This document shows positions 47,007-56,287 of a DNA stretch of 64,000 bases, one piece after another. Within the stretch, counting starts at the first letter, position 1; the number at the start of each line of letters is the position of its first letter. The DNA comes from a virus. The stretch spans positions 96,001 through 160,000 of IMG/VR virus record IMGVR_UViG_3300042691_047309; one strand, given 5' to 3'. The translations under genes and the position numbers were made by a program. The notes under the pieces were generated by a model that had not been told where the DNA came from, made no database searches, and was given only the letters and a program-made list of their open reading frames with translations.

Positions 47007-48565
47007 TTATTGATAGTTATCGTTTTTGTAATATCTCCTACTTTTACAAAGTAGATTCCACTTGATAAATTTGATAAATTAATATAAGAGTCATTAGTAG
47101 AGATTAAATTCTTACCTAAATTATCTGATATCGAGACTATAACATTTCTGTCTGACTTGATATTTATGTAATCAGTAGCAGGATTTGGATAAACAACTAC
47201 ATCTGAATTAGAAATTTCAGAAACAGTCAAAAATCCACCTTGAAATTTAGGGTTGGTGAAGTCAGCTCCTGTTGATACTGTAGAATTATTATTTAGTCTG
47301 AAATCTGGATTATTTGAAAAAGCATCAACCCAAGAAATTTGATCTATTGATTTAGTAGTATCATTTGAATTCTGATTAAAAAATGTTGAATAAAATTGTG
47401 TAGTAGCTGTTACTAAATTAAATCCGGTTGTGAATTCAACTAAATCATTATTTGCGAAAACTAAATTTCCATTTGATATATTTGTTTCAACTGGTAATCC
47501 TTCAATTGATAGCCCCTTTTCCCAACCAGTAACTAAAGAGTTAAATATTGAAATTGAAGAGTTTCTTCTTATTCTGAAAGATTTCTCAAATTTCTCACCA
47601 ACTGGAAGTTGAATACTACCATCACCTTTTGGTCCTATGATTGTGAAGTTTGAAAATATAGCCGATGTTTGTGGTGTATTTGATGAACCTTGAGCATCAT
47701 TGTCTGATTCAAAACAATTTGAATCACCCGCAGCATCTGATAAATATTGAGTTCTTATTGATAATCCAAATTGAACTTTTCCTCTATATCCAAAATCAGT
47801 ATCGAAATCATCATCAGTTCCTTTAAAAGCAATCAAGTGTCTGCAATTAACAGTTCCGCCAAACCATTCAAATGAATCATCTCCTGAAAAAGAAACTTGA
47901 ACGAAATCAACTTCTGTTTCACTACCTACGGATCCAAAAGTCAAACCATTTATTTCTTTGTTAGGCTCTAGTGCAATTCCTGCAAATTCTATTCTAACAT
48001 ATTTTAATATTCCCGAATTGTCTAAGTCATTACTTCCACCATACTCGGTATTGGAAGTTGGTGAAATTCCTTCAATATTTGCAACTCCACCAGGTTGGTT
48101 ATTAGTTGCTTGTCCTAAGATCACCAGACCACCCCAATCACCTTCAGCTCTTAGACCGACATTTTGTGAAGAAGTGAAAACTATTGGATTTGTTGATGTG
48201 CCTTCTGCTATTATTTTTGAGCCTTTTGTTATAATCAAACTACCTTGAGTGGAACCATCTCCTCTGATTATAGTTCCTGGTAGAATTGTTAATACTGCTC
48301 CATTTTTAACATAAACTTTATTTTCTAATAGAACTACTCCAGAGATGGTTGTATTTGTAGTAATATCGTTATTTAAGGTTGAAGTAATTTGAGGATAATA
48401 GGTATTTTCAGGATCGAAATTTGACCAACCATCTGTCCAGTCTGTCTGAGATGTTCCATCTGTCACCGGAAATGCTCCTTTATAGCTTGTTGATGTCCAA
48501 AATGCTTGCTGACTTAATAACAAATTAGAAATGCAAATTGTAATTAATGTAATTAATTTTTTCAT
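47003..48565 (-). CDS. T9SS type A sorted beta-rich surface protein, TBDR partner
   Basis: signal peptide; WGGLVILG, DNSGILKYVRIEFAG, DDSFEWFGG; VYPNPA...GIYFV CTD. Confidence 0.85.
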   Translation of the reverse strand: MKKLITLITICISNLLLSQQAFWTSTSYKGAFPVTDGTSQTDWTDGWSNFDPENTYYPQITSTLNNDITTNTTISGVVLLENKVYVKNGAVLTILPGTIIRGDGSTQGSLIITKGSKIIAEGTSTNPIVFTSSQNVGLRAEGDWGGLVILGQATNNQPGGVANIEGISPTSNTEYGGSNDLDNSGILKYVRIEFAGIALEPNKEINGLTFGSVGSETEVDFVQVSFSGDDSFEWFGGTVNCRHLIAFKGTDDDFDTDFGYRGKVQFGLSIRTQYLSDAAGDSNCFESDNDAQGSSNTPQTSAIFSNFTIIGPKGDGSIQLPVGEKFEKSFRIRRNSSISIFNSLVTGWEKGLSIEGLPVETNISNGNLVFANNDLVEFTTGFNLVTATTQFYSTFFNQNSNDTTKSIDQISWVDAFSNNPDFRLNNNSTVSTGADFTNPKFQGGFLTVSEISNSDVVVYPNPATDYINIKSDRNVIVSISDNLGKNLISTNDSYINLSNLSSGIYFVKVGDITKTITINK

Positions 48566-48675
48566 AATTTTTTTTTGTTTTTTATTTTTATATATGTGAT
48601 TTGTCTAAATCAATAAAAAACACAAAAATCATCTAAACTATTGCTGGGTAATAGTTTCAAACGATTTTTACTTTT

Positions 48676-48708
48676 GTTAAGAAATCGTTAAGAAAAGGTT
48701 ATAAAATC
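48676..48708 (-). promoter_or_regulatory. three 11-bp-period direct repeats (OmpR/PhoB-type box)
   Basis: gttaagaaatc, gttaagaaaag, gttataaaatc (TTAAC on minus strand) upstream of the TBDR operon. Confidence 0.55.
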
Positions 48709-48729
48709 AGCACATCTAATATATAACCT

Positions 48730-49074
48730 ATGAAACTTGACATAAATGAAGTATATCATAACTATATTGTTAGAGTGGTAATTTTTTCACTCTTCACTTA
48801 TAAGAGATTAGTTAGGCAGCCAAATGTATATAAACAATCTGTTCTTTCGTTTGTGACTAAAAGAGTTGCATGGAAAATACATCTTGTTATAGATACTGGT
48901 CTTCAAATGTCAAAAGATGAAGAAAGAGATATAGTATTAAATGAGTTACTCGAAGGAATTGAATCTGATTATCTAACAACAGTAACTGTTACTTTTACAA
49001 CACCACTTAAAGAAATAACAATAGAGGTTGATTTAAAAGATGAAGATAAATACCAAAACTTTCTGTACTTATAA
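48730..49074 (+). CDS. hypothetical protein
   Basis: AATATATA 4 nt upstream; internal ERDIVLNELL. Confidence 0.7.
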   Translation: MKLDINEVYHNYIVRVVIFSLFTYKRLVRQPNVYKQSVLSFVTKRVAWKIHLVIDTGLQMSKDEERDIVLNELLEGIESDYLTTVTVTFTTPLKEITIEVDLKDEDKYQNFLYL

Positions 49075-49089
49075 TTTAATATATAAAGT

Positions 49090-49761
49090 ATGAAATATTT
49101 AAGTAATTGGAAACAAATAAATGAAGCTGATAATCAACTAACTGAAGAAACACCAAGTAGATCTGGTAGAGTATTAACTCAAGCTCAGCGAGAGTGGAAT
49201 GATGATTCTTCTATAGAAAGAGGTGATAATTTACCTTCAGTTCTCTTTACTGATGTTGAGGGATCTTCTGAAAAATGGTCAAGTGATGCTGTAACAATGA
49301 TGGAGCAATTGAAAGGACATCATGAGTTAGTTAATAGAATTTCTAAAAAGTATAACGGATGGATTGTTAAAACAATAGGAGATGCTTTTATGATATATTT
49401 TGAACCAAATACTGATTCACTAACAAATGCAATTAAATGTGGTAAAGAGATAATTTTGTCTGAAAAAAACTATAATTTAAGAGTTGGGGTTTGCCAGGGT
49501 CCGATGCAAGAAGATACTTATGAGTTACAAAAGGTAACTCTAAGAGATTTTTATGGTAACTCTATAAATGTTGCATCTAGAATGGAGTCTAAAATCGCAG
49601 AAGCTGCCGGTTATATTGCTTTTACATCACTTGAGCCAATTAGTAAAAATATTATATCTCAGTATAGTAAAACAATTGGTGAGGTTTTAGATGTTGATTT
49701 AAGTAAATTTGATCTAAAAGGAGCTAAAACCGAATCTGCTTATAGAATAAAAGTAAAATGA
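49090..49761 (+). CDS. class III adenylate cyclase with N-terminal leader motif
   Basis: LFTDVEGS, VKTIGDAFM, DFYGNSINVASRME; ATP-specifying K and D present; AATATATA 4 nt upstream. Confidence 0.9.
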   Translation: MKYLSNWKQINEADNQLTEETPSRSGRVLTQAQREWNDDSSIERGDNLPSVLFTDVEGSSEKWSSDAVTMMEQLKGHHELVNRISKKYNGWIVKTIGDAFMIYFEPNTDSLTNAIKCGKEIILSEKNYNLRVGVCQGPMQEDTYELQKVTLRDFYGNSINVASRMESKIAEAAGYIAFTSLEPISKNIISQYSKTIGEVLDVDLSKFDLKGAKTESAYRIKVK

Positions 49762-49798
49762 TTTTACTTTATTAAATTTTTTTTAGTATATTTGTAAT

Positions 49799-50014
49799 AT
49801 GTTTATCTGTGTTAGTAATACATCAAATAGAAGTGAATTAGAAATAGGAAAATACTATGACTTATTTAAACATGAGCAACACCCAAAAGTTGTTTGGGTA
49901 AAAATACCCGATTCATCTAATACTGTTGGTTACAGAACTATTCAATGTTATTTAGCTGACTTTAAAAATAAAGGTCAATGGAGAAATGATCAGATTGATA
50001 AGATTTTAGATTAA
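49799..50014 (+). CDS. small C...GKxY family protein with C-terminal motif
   Basis: TATATTTG 4 nt upstream; ends WRNDQIDKILD. Confidence 0.75.
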   Translation: MFICVSNTSNRSELEIGKYYDLFKHEQHPKVVWVKIPDSSNTVGYRTIQCYLADFKNKGQWRNDQIDKILD

Positions 50015-51345
50015 TCTTCCCAAAAGAAATAGACAAACTTATCTGGCCATCTGTAATCAAAGTGTGCAAAACCATATAACTCTGCAACTCTTTCTAATCT
50101 ATCATCAGTATTTCTTGGAAGTTCTCCGTCATACTCGATTGAGTCAAATTCAACATAAACATTATCATCATGTTCTGTGACATCTAAAATATGTAAGCCA
50201 GTATGATGTTCGAAATTGGACCTGAACTCATTGGTATCAAATTTCTTTTCACCAACTCTTTCGTCTTTCTTTTTGAATTTAAAATCAATTGTGTGAAATT
50301 TAATATCTGTTTGTTCACCTTCACTTGAATAAGGCTCGAATTTCACTAAAGACCAACCTAAATCTGAAAGTCTAGCAATTACCACTTGCATTTCATCACA
50401 AATTCTAACAAAGTCTTCATAGGTCTTAAATTTATCATTTTTAAAGAATCTTATAAAAAACTGAGAAACCAAAACACCGCTACTCATTTTTATTTGTGGT
50501 TGGAAACTGGTATCACCATCTAAATATTGTTGATAAGTAATACCACCACCATGTGATATAAATTTTATATCATATCCATCATCAATAAAATCTAGCATAG
50601 TATCAACTATTTGTGAAGTAACATCTTTGTTATCAACACTTTCTTTAATGACGTATCTGTCATTCTTTCTAATTGCTAACTTACCATCAATAAATTTATA
50701 AAACTTATATTTCTTATCAATTGATGTTACTAAATAATATGCATCTGGATTAAGTGCTTTATATCTTTGAATATTACCTTCTACTTTAACTCCATCAACT
50801 TCACCACCCTGTTGTTTAGCATAAGCCCATTGAATATAGTGTGGATCAACGTGACGTGATCTTAAAGCATCTTGGTCAATAGAGGTTTGTAAAGTAGAAA
50901 GTAAATGAATGAATATTATTTTATATTTATTTTGTCTAGCATTATCATAAATCTCTTTTATGTGTTCATATCCTTTATCTGTGAATTCTTTTCCAGCACC
51001 AGTTGTGTCATAGATAAAGTTTTGACCAGTTTCCATAAACTCCATCATTCTTAGAAGATTTAATTCAGAAGCATTCTTAGTTCTACCACCTTCTTTTTTT
51101 TCTCTACCTCTGTAATAAACATTTGGATCTTTTGTAAAAAGAAGTGAAACATCATCAGTTGAGAAGTCTTTAATGTTTCTATTTTTAGTATGAATATGAT
51201 TTTTAACAAAGTAAGACTTTCCGATACCTGGTGCTCCAATCAAGAAGATAGCTAGTCCTCTACTCATTCCAATGATTTCTGGAATCGGCTCGTTTTTAGA
51301 AACTTCTTCTAAAATAAATTGGTTATATTCCTTAATAAATTTCAT
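50011..51345 (-). CDS. leader-motif P-loop kinase (AAA_33/zeta-toxin-like) with extra C-terminal domains
   Basis: MKFIKEYNQFILEE; IGAPGIGKS; FIYDTTG; LRSRHV lid. Confidence 0.75.
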   Translation of the reverse strand: MKFIKEYNQFILEEVSKNEPIPEIIGMSRGLAIFLIGAPGIGKSYFVKNHIHTKNRNIKDFSTDDVSLLFTKDPNVYYRGREKKEGGRTKNASELNLLRMMEFMETGQNFIYDTTGAGKEFTDKGYEHIKEIYDNARQNKYKIIFIHLLSTLQTSIDQDALRSRHVDPHYIQWAYAKQQGGEVDGVKVEGNIQRYKALNPDAYYLVTSIDKKYKFYKFIDGKLAIRKNDRYVIKESVDNKDVTSQIVDTMLDFIDDGYDIKFISHGGGITYQQYLDGDTSFQPQIKMSSGVLVSQFFIRFFKNDKFKTYEDFVRICDEMQVVIARLSDLGWSLVKFEPYSSEGEQTDIKFHTIDFKFKKKDERVGEKKFDTNEFRSNFEHHTGLHILDVTEHDDNVYVEFDSIEYDGELPRNTDDRLERVAELYGFAHFDYRWPDKFVYFFWED

Positions 51346-51386
51346 ACTATATTGTATATATTAAAATTGTTTATTATATTTGTCGT

Positions 51387-52241
51387 ATGAGAGGATTTAG
51401 AATTTACAACAAACAAGAACTATTCAATTCGATTGAAAAAATCACGGTTGAAAAAATTGAAGACCAAGTTATCACAAAGTATAACGGTCGTGTCACACAG
51501 GTGGCAAATGTCTCAAAAAGATATGAGATATTTGATATTGTTAAATATCTAAAAGATAAGATTGAACTTATTGAACAAAACTTTACTATTTCTAAATATC
51601 AATTGTTGATTAGAAAAGGTCAACAATACCTTCAACTTATTTCTGATAGTGTTGAAATCGGAGGTATTCGTTTTTACAAATCCTTTTACATACTTAACTC
51701 AACTGATAAATCACGTAGGCTTAGTTTCTATGCGGGTCTACACTCTGAAAAATATTATTTCATCGGAGCAAACAATGTAGGTATGTCAAGAAAACATCTT
51801 ACTGGTGTCACTGAAGCTGCTGATGTTGCTTCAACCGCATTGAATGGTGAAACTTTTGATGAACAAATTAAAGCTCTTCAAAACTTAGTCGGTCACCGTA
51901 TTCAACTCTCTAAAATACGTGAGGTTATCTTAGGTGATAAAGAGGAAATTCCACAAATCAATCATCGTAAATTTGATGCGTTTAAGAACTCTATTCGTTA
52001 CGCTGATAGTGATGGTCTTATCAGACTTACCAGAGAACAACGTTCTCAATTATATACTGACTCTGAAAGAATGACAGAAGTTAAAGAAGATTTTTACTTA
52101 GATGCTTTCTGGGTTTTCGGAACTTATATGAGATTGTTTAACAAACAAGACTCACATATCATTAAAAATGAAACAGACCGTATTATGAAGATTACTCAAT
52201 GGGCTGTTAGAAACTCAGTGTTGGAGGCACTTGGTATCTAA
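51387..52241 (+). CDS. DUF932-like protein with C-terminal motif
   Basis: VSKRYEI, ILNSTDKS...FYAGL, RKH; TATATTTG 4 nt upstream; ends VRNSVLEALGI. Confidence 0.6.
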   Translation: MRGFRIYNKQELFNSIEKITVEKIEDQVITKYNGRVTQVANVSKRYEIFDIVKYLKDKIELIEQNFTISKYQLLIRKGQQYLQLISDSVEIGGIRFYKSFYILNSTDKSRRLSFYAGLHSEKYYFIGANNVGMSRKHLTGVTEAADVASTALNGETFDEQIKALQNLVGHRIQLSKIREVILGDKEEIPQINHRKFDAFKNSIRYADSDGLIRLTREQRSQLYTDSERMTEVKEDFYLDAFWVFGTYMRLFNKQDSHIIKNETDRIMKITQWAVRNSVLEALGI

Positions 52242-52358
52242 TGAAAAAAATTGGATGCACAGACTATGATAGTATGGGAAACCACGGAAGGTTTCCTAAA
52301 AGAAAAGAGATTGAGCCAAGTCTTATGACTAAATTTATAAATTCAATTAAAAGATTTT

Positions 52359-52841
52359 ATGCTAAGAGAAGATAACACCGGATTTGTAAATTTTCCTATA
52401 TCAGGAAAAGTAATTGATAGAATTGAAGGTCTTAAAACCTTTATCTATTTGGTCGCGTTTGAAACATTAGACCTAACTAATGTTCCTTATATACTTTCTA
52501 ATTGCAGATTGAATTTACAAGGAACTCTTGTATCTGATGATGTTACCTTTAGAAAACGATTTACACACAATACACTCGACGAAATTATCGAGTCACAATT
52601 GGATAGTAACGAGTTTGAAAGTCGTTATTTTCCAAACGTAGATGGAGAAACTCAAGTTTCTATTCCACTAACTACTTCAATTTGTTTGGGTTGGTCTGAA
52701 CATACTTATCAATTCAAAGATGGAAATGATTGGGTTTGTACTTTCAGAGATCTAACTAATGAAGGACAGAAGTTATACTATTCAATAAAAAAGCTTCACA
52801 ATAATAAAGAAGTAAGAATTTTTACTTTTAACAATATTTAA
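52359..52841 (+). CDS. hypothetical protein
   Basis: 160-aa ORF. Confidence 0.72.
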   Translation: MLREDNTGFVNFPISGKVIDRIEGLKTFIYLVAFETLDLTNVPYILSNCRLNLQGTLVSDDVTFRKRFTHNTLDEIIESQLDSNEFESRYFPNVDGETQVSIPLTTSICLGWSEHTYQFKDGNDWVCTFRDLTNEGQKLYYSIKKLHNNKEVRIFTFNNI

Positions 52842-52887
52842 TATTGTATTTTTCATTTTAATCATTATATTTGTAGAAAATAATTTT

Positions 52888-54210
52888 ATGGCATACGAAA
52901 GAAAAACTTACGACCTCTTTATCTCTGACGAACTAAAAGAAGTTTTAGAACAAATTAAATCAGAATCAGTTGTTGCTGATTTGCTTCTTAAACGCAGACA
53001 TTCCAAAGAGGACTTGGTTGATGATCCAATAAATTTCGTATCCATTTCATCACAAGATTCAACTCGAATTTCTTACCTTACAACTGAGCGTATAGGTATG
53101 ATAAACGAGGGTGAATTTTGGACATCCTCTCGTAGATTTCACATGAAACCAGGTGGTTTTATTTCTAAAGTTTTTAAGAATATTTCTGCAAAAGATGTTG
53201 AGGTTTTTTCAAATCTTTACCGTTCAGAGGTTCGAAAACCTAAATTTGAATTTAAAATTGTAAATGGTGAAGATATCAGAAGATATTACCATTATGATTA
53301 CCACGCAAATGACTATGGAAGTCTTGGTGTTTCTTGTATGAGATATGAATCTTGTCAAAAACTATTCAATATGTATGTCGAAAACTCTGATAAAATTTCT
53401 TTGTTACTTATGTTAAACGAAGATGGTCGAGTTATGGGTCGAACTCTTCTTTGGAACTTCGATGGGAATAGAATTATGGATAGGATTTATTCTGTCAATG
53501 ACGAACAACTACCTTTTTATTTTAAGAAGTGGGCAACTGAAAACGGTTACTACTATAAATCACAACAAAATTGGTATAACTCAATTCAATTTGAAAGACT
53601 AGGAGAGGGTAAAAAATTATTAAAGTTAGACGTTAAGTTAGATAGTTTTGATTTTAGATACTATCCTTATATGGACACTTTTAAGTTCTTCAATCCCGAT
53701 ACAGGAACATTCTCTAATTACCGACCAGAAGGTAGAGATCATTATACACTTTGTTCATCTGATGGAAGCAAATATGATTGGAACTATCTTGAGTACGATG
53801 ATTTTGATAAAGTTTATCGTCATAGAGGAGAGACCGTAAGACTTAATTATCTTAATATGAATGCTCACCCTGATAGATGTAACTATTCTGAAATACATGA
53901 CCAATACTTGTTAAGTGATCATTCTCAATGGAGAGACGATTTAAGAGATTATGTTTTTAGTGGTGAATATTCAAACTTGAATGATGTGAATAGAATCGAA
54001 CAAAGAATTAAAGATAATGAGGAATATGAAAAAGAGAGAGAATCTCGTAGAAGTAGAAGGGGATATTCTATTTCACAGAGAATATTAGAATCACTTTCTA
54101 ATCCTCAAAGTGAGATTGATATGTCAAGTCTTTATCAACAATATGTAACCTCAGGATCAGCATTCGACCAAATTAATATATCAACACAAACAGAATCTAC
54201 AGAAGAATAA
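52888..54210 (+). CDS. phage-type hypothetical protein
   Basis: SCMRY, GRTLLW, MDRIYS, YPYMDTF motifs; TATATTTG at 52866. Confidence 0.8.
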   Translation: MAYERKTYDLFISDELKEVLEQIKSESVVADLLLKRRHSKEDLVDDPINFVSISSQDSTRISYLTTERIGMINEGEFWTSSRRFHMKPGGFISKVFKNISAKDVEVFSNLYRSEVRKPKFEFKIVNGEDIRRYYHYDYHANDYGSLGVSCMRYESCQKLFNMYVENSDKISLLLMLNEDGRVMGRTLLWNFDGNRIMDRIYSVNDEQLPFYFKKWATENGYYYKSQQNWYNSIQFERLGEGKKLLKLDVKLDSFDFRYYPYMDTFKFFNPDTGTFSNYRPEGRDHYTLCSSDGSKYDWNYLEYDDFDKVYRHRGETVRLNYLNMNAHPDRCNYSEIHDQYLLSDHSQWRDDLRDYVFSGEYSNLNDVNRIEQRIKDNEEYEKERESRRSRRGYSISQRILESLSNPQSEIDMSSLYQQYVTSGSAFDQINISTQTESTEE

Positions 54211-54238
54211 AAAAAAGAGATCTAATGGTCTCTTTTTT
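54211..54238. terminator. bidirectional terminator
   Basis: aaaaaagagat...gtctctttttt between convergent genes. Confidence 0.6.
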
Positions 54239-54767
54239 CTTTTTTATACTTATCTAATAACTCTCTAACATTTGTATAGTCATAATAATCAATATAATTA
54301 TCTATTGTTTTTATAAAGTTCCAATCTTTTCTTTCAGTAGTTGTTAGTATATTAAAATAGTAATCAAAATAATTGAATATTTTTTTTTCTGACACTAAAC
54401 CATTTTTACAATGAATATTGAAGTAAGCCAGTTTATCAAAAAAGTTATCAAAAAGGTCTCTTATATGTGCTTCCTCAATTGAAAATCTTGACTTTTGATT
54501 ATGTGTTTTCAAAGCTTCTATCATATAATCATCATTTACTTTAACTTCCTGTCCATTAATCATAATTTTTCTGACATTCCAATCAAGTAGTGTTAAAACA
54601 ACTTTTACTCTTTCATCTGAAAAAAACTCTTTAATCTCTTTAGATAAAAACTCAGATTCTTTCCAAAGTTGTGTTTTTCTATATTCAATGATGGCTTTTA
54701 TAAATGAAAATATTCCAAGCAAAGGAATAATATCAATTATGATGTTATATATTGTCTCCATAAACAA
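54222..54767 (-). CDS. N-terminally anchored membrane protein (DUF4760-like)
   Basis: single TM followed by helical domain; start may be METIY at 54761. Confidence 0.65.
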   Translation of the reverse strand: MFMETIYNIIIDIIPLLGIFSFIKAIIEYRKTQLWKESEFLSKEIKEFFSDERVKVVLTLLDWNVRKIMINGQEVKVNDDYMIEALKTHNQKSRFSIEEAHIRDLFDNFFDKLAYFNIHCKNGLVSEKKIFNYFDYYFNILTTTERKDWNFIKTIDNYIDYYDYTNVRELLDKYKKEKRDH

Positions 54768-54793
54768 ACACTTTTTTCTATATATAAATTATT

Positions 54794-55528
54794 ATGAAAG
54801 ATTTAATCTTATCTCAATTAGAATGTTTTAACGATACTGACTTTAAATTCGATCCAAAGTATCACAAATACACTTATCACGGAGAACAATTTATTTCCGT
54901 AACAAAGTATATTCAGAATTTTCACAAACCATTTGAAACTGATTTTTGGTCTAAAAAGAAGGCAGAACAAAGAGGAGTCGATCAAGAAGTTATTCTAAAA
55001 GAATGGAAACAACTCAACGATTATGCAAATGATGTTGGAACAGATACACATCAATGGATAGAAGATTACTTTAATGAAATTTGGAAACCACTTCCATCTA
55101 ATTTAGATTTAATACATCGTATAAATAAATTCAATAAGATATTCGCTAAACATCTTCACAAGTTAGAACCACTTAAATTTGAGGTAAGAGTATTTTCTAA
55201 AAAATGGAAAATTGCAGGAATGATAGATTCTCTTTTTCTTTATAAAGGAAAAATCTATATTTTAGATTGGAAAACAAATAAACAATTCACAAACGATGAT
55301 CATCAAAAAGGTCAATATGAAAAACTATTAGAACCATTTGATGATTTCTGGAAAAACCATCATAACGAATATTCAATACAGTTATCTCTTTATGCTCTTA
55401 TTTTAGAAGAGTGGGGATTTGAAGTAGGAGGAGCTTATCTCGTTCATATAGGACCAGGTGACGAAGAAGCTGAATTATACAAGGTTGTTGATATGAGAGA
55501 TAAGTTAAAAATAGCTCTTGAAAAATGA
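54794..55528 (+). CDS. PD-(D/E)XK exonuclease
   Basis: GTDTH, AGMIDSL, ILDWKT, YSIQLSLY. Confidence 0.88.
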   Translation: MKDLILSQLECFNDTDFKFDPKYHKYTYHGEQFISVTKYIQNFHKPFETDFWSKKKAEQRGVDQEVILKEWKQLNDYANDVGTDTHQWIEDYFNEIWKPLPSNLDLIHRINKFNKIFAKHLHKLEPLKFEVRVFSKKWKIAGMIDSLFLYKGKIYILDWKTNKQFTNDDHQKGQYEKLLEPFDDFWKNHHNEYSIQLSLYALILEEWGFEVGGAYLVHIGPGDEEAELYKVVDMRDKLKIALEK

Positions 55529-55758
55529 AATCAATTTTAGGATTTTTTAGATTTTTAGGAAATATTGCTCTGATTTATCTGGCTTTTTACTTTCTTTTTT
55601 GGTACATAAAAATGCACTTCAATCGTAAATGGTTTTGGGCTTTTTGGTTAAACACTAGTTTATCAATAGTCATGTTTATAAATCATAATAAACCAGATCG
55701 TGAAAGGGAAAAGATTGAAAGAATGACAGGTGCTGAATACTGGAAGATGACACATTAA
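55525..55758 (+). CDS. small membrane protein
   Basis: two hydrophobic segments. Confidence 0.65.
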   Translation: MKSILGFFRFLGNIALIYLAFYFLFWYIKMHFNRKWFWAFWLNTSLSIVMFINHNKPDREREKIERMTGAEYWKMTH

Positions 55759-55761
55759 ACA

Positions 55762-55790
55762 AAAAAAGAGAGTATTTAACTCTCTTTTTT
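55762..55790. terminator. bidirectional terminator
   Basis: aaaaaagagagt-attta-actctctttttt. Confidence 0.75.
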
Positions 55791-56252
55791 CTCTGACTTT
55801 TCAACATATTCCGAAAAAATATTCATTTCTTTAAATACCTCTAAAATTTGTGATGTTATTTCAAATTTCTCAGCAGCATAGACTGTTTCAATTTTACTAA
55901 TAACAGCATCTATGGAGTTTTTGATTGAATATTCTGAAACTATTTTTTCTATATCTTCATAAACCTCTTCTTTTAATTTTTGACCCATCTTTGATAGTTT
56001 ATATTTTGCATCTTTATCAATTTCAACCATTTGACTTTGTAGCCTCTGAAATTTTTCCATTCTTTGTTCTTGAGTAAGGTTGTCAACAATAATACCACCC
56101 TGAGATGCAGCAATGATATTTTGCATTTCTCTTCTCATTGGTTCAATACTTTCAAGTATTTGTGCCTTTTCTTTGTCAATCTCAGCAACTCCTTTTTGAT
56201 ACTTATCAAAGTGTCTTGTTAGTAATTCAAAATCTACGACTCTAATTTCCAT
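55776..56252 (-). CDS. OmpH/Skp-like chaperone lacking a signal peptide
   Basis: IRVVDFELL strand, long coiled hairpin, IDAVIS..VYA...EIT.QIL ending. Confidence 0.75.
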   Translation of the reverse strand: MEIRVVDFELLTRHFDKYQKGVAEIDKEKAQILESIEPMRREMQNIIAASQGGIIVDNLTQEQRMEKFQRLQSQMVEIDKDAKYKLSKMGQKLKEEVYEDIEKIVSEYSIKNSIDAVISKIETVYAAEKFEITSQILEVFKEMNIFSEYVEKSEKKES

Positions 56253-56287
56253 AATTATAATATTTTTCTATTATATATGAAATATCA

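Noticed and set aside
49090-51345. Cyclase plus neighbours as a Pycsar/CBASS-type defence system, or the zeta-like kinase as a toxin-antitoxin pair
   Set aside because: Cyclase has ATP-type specificity residues and no adjacent cNMP-binding effector; no recognisable antitoxin is next to the kinase
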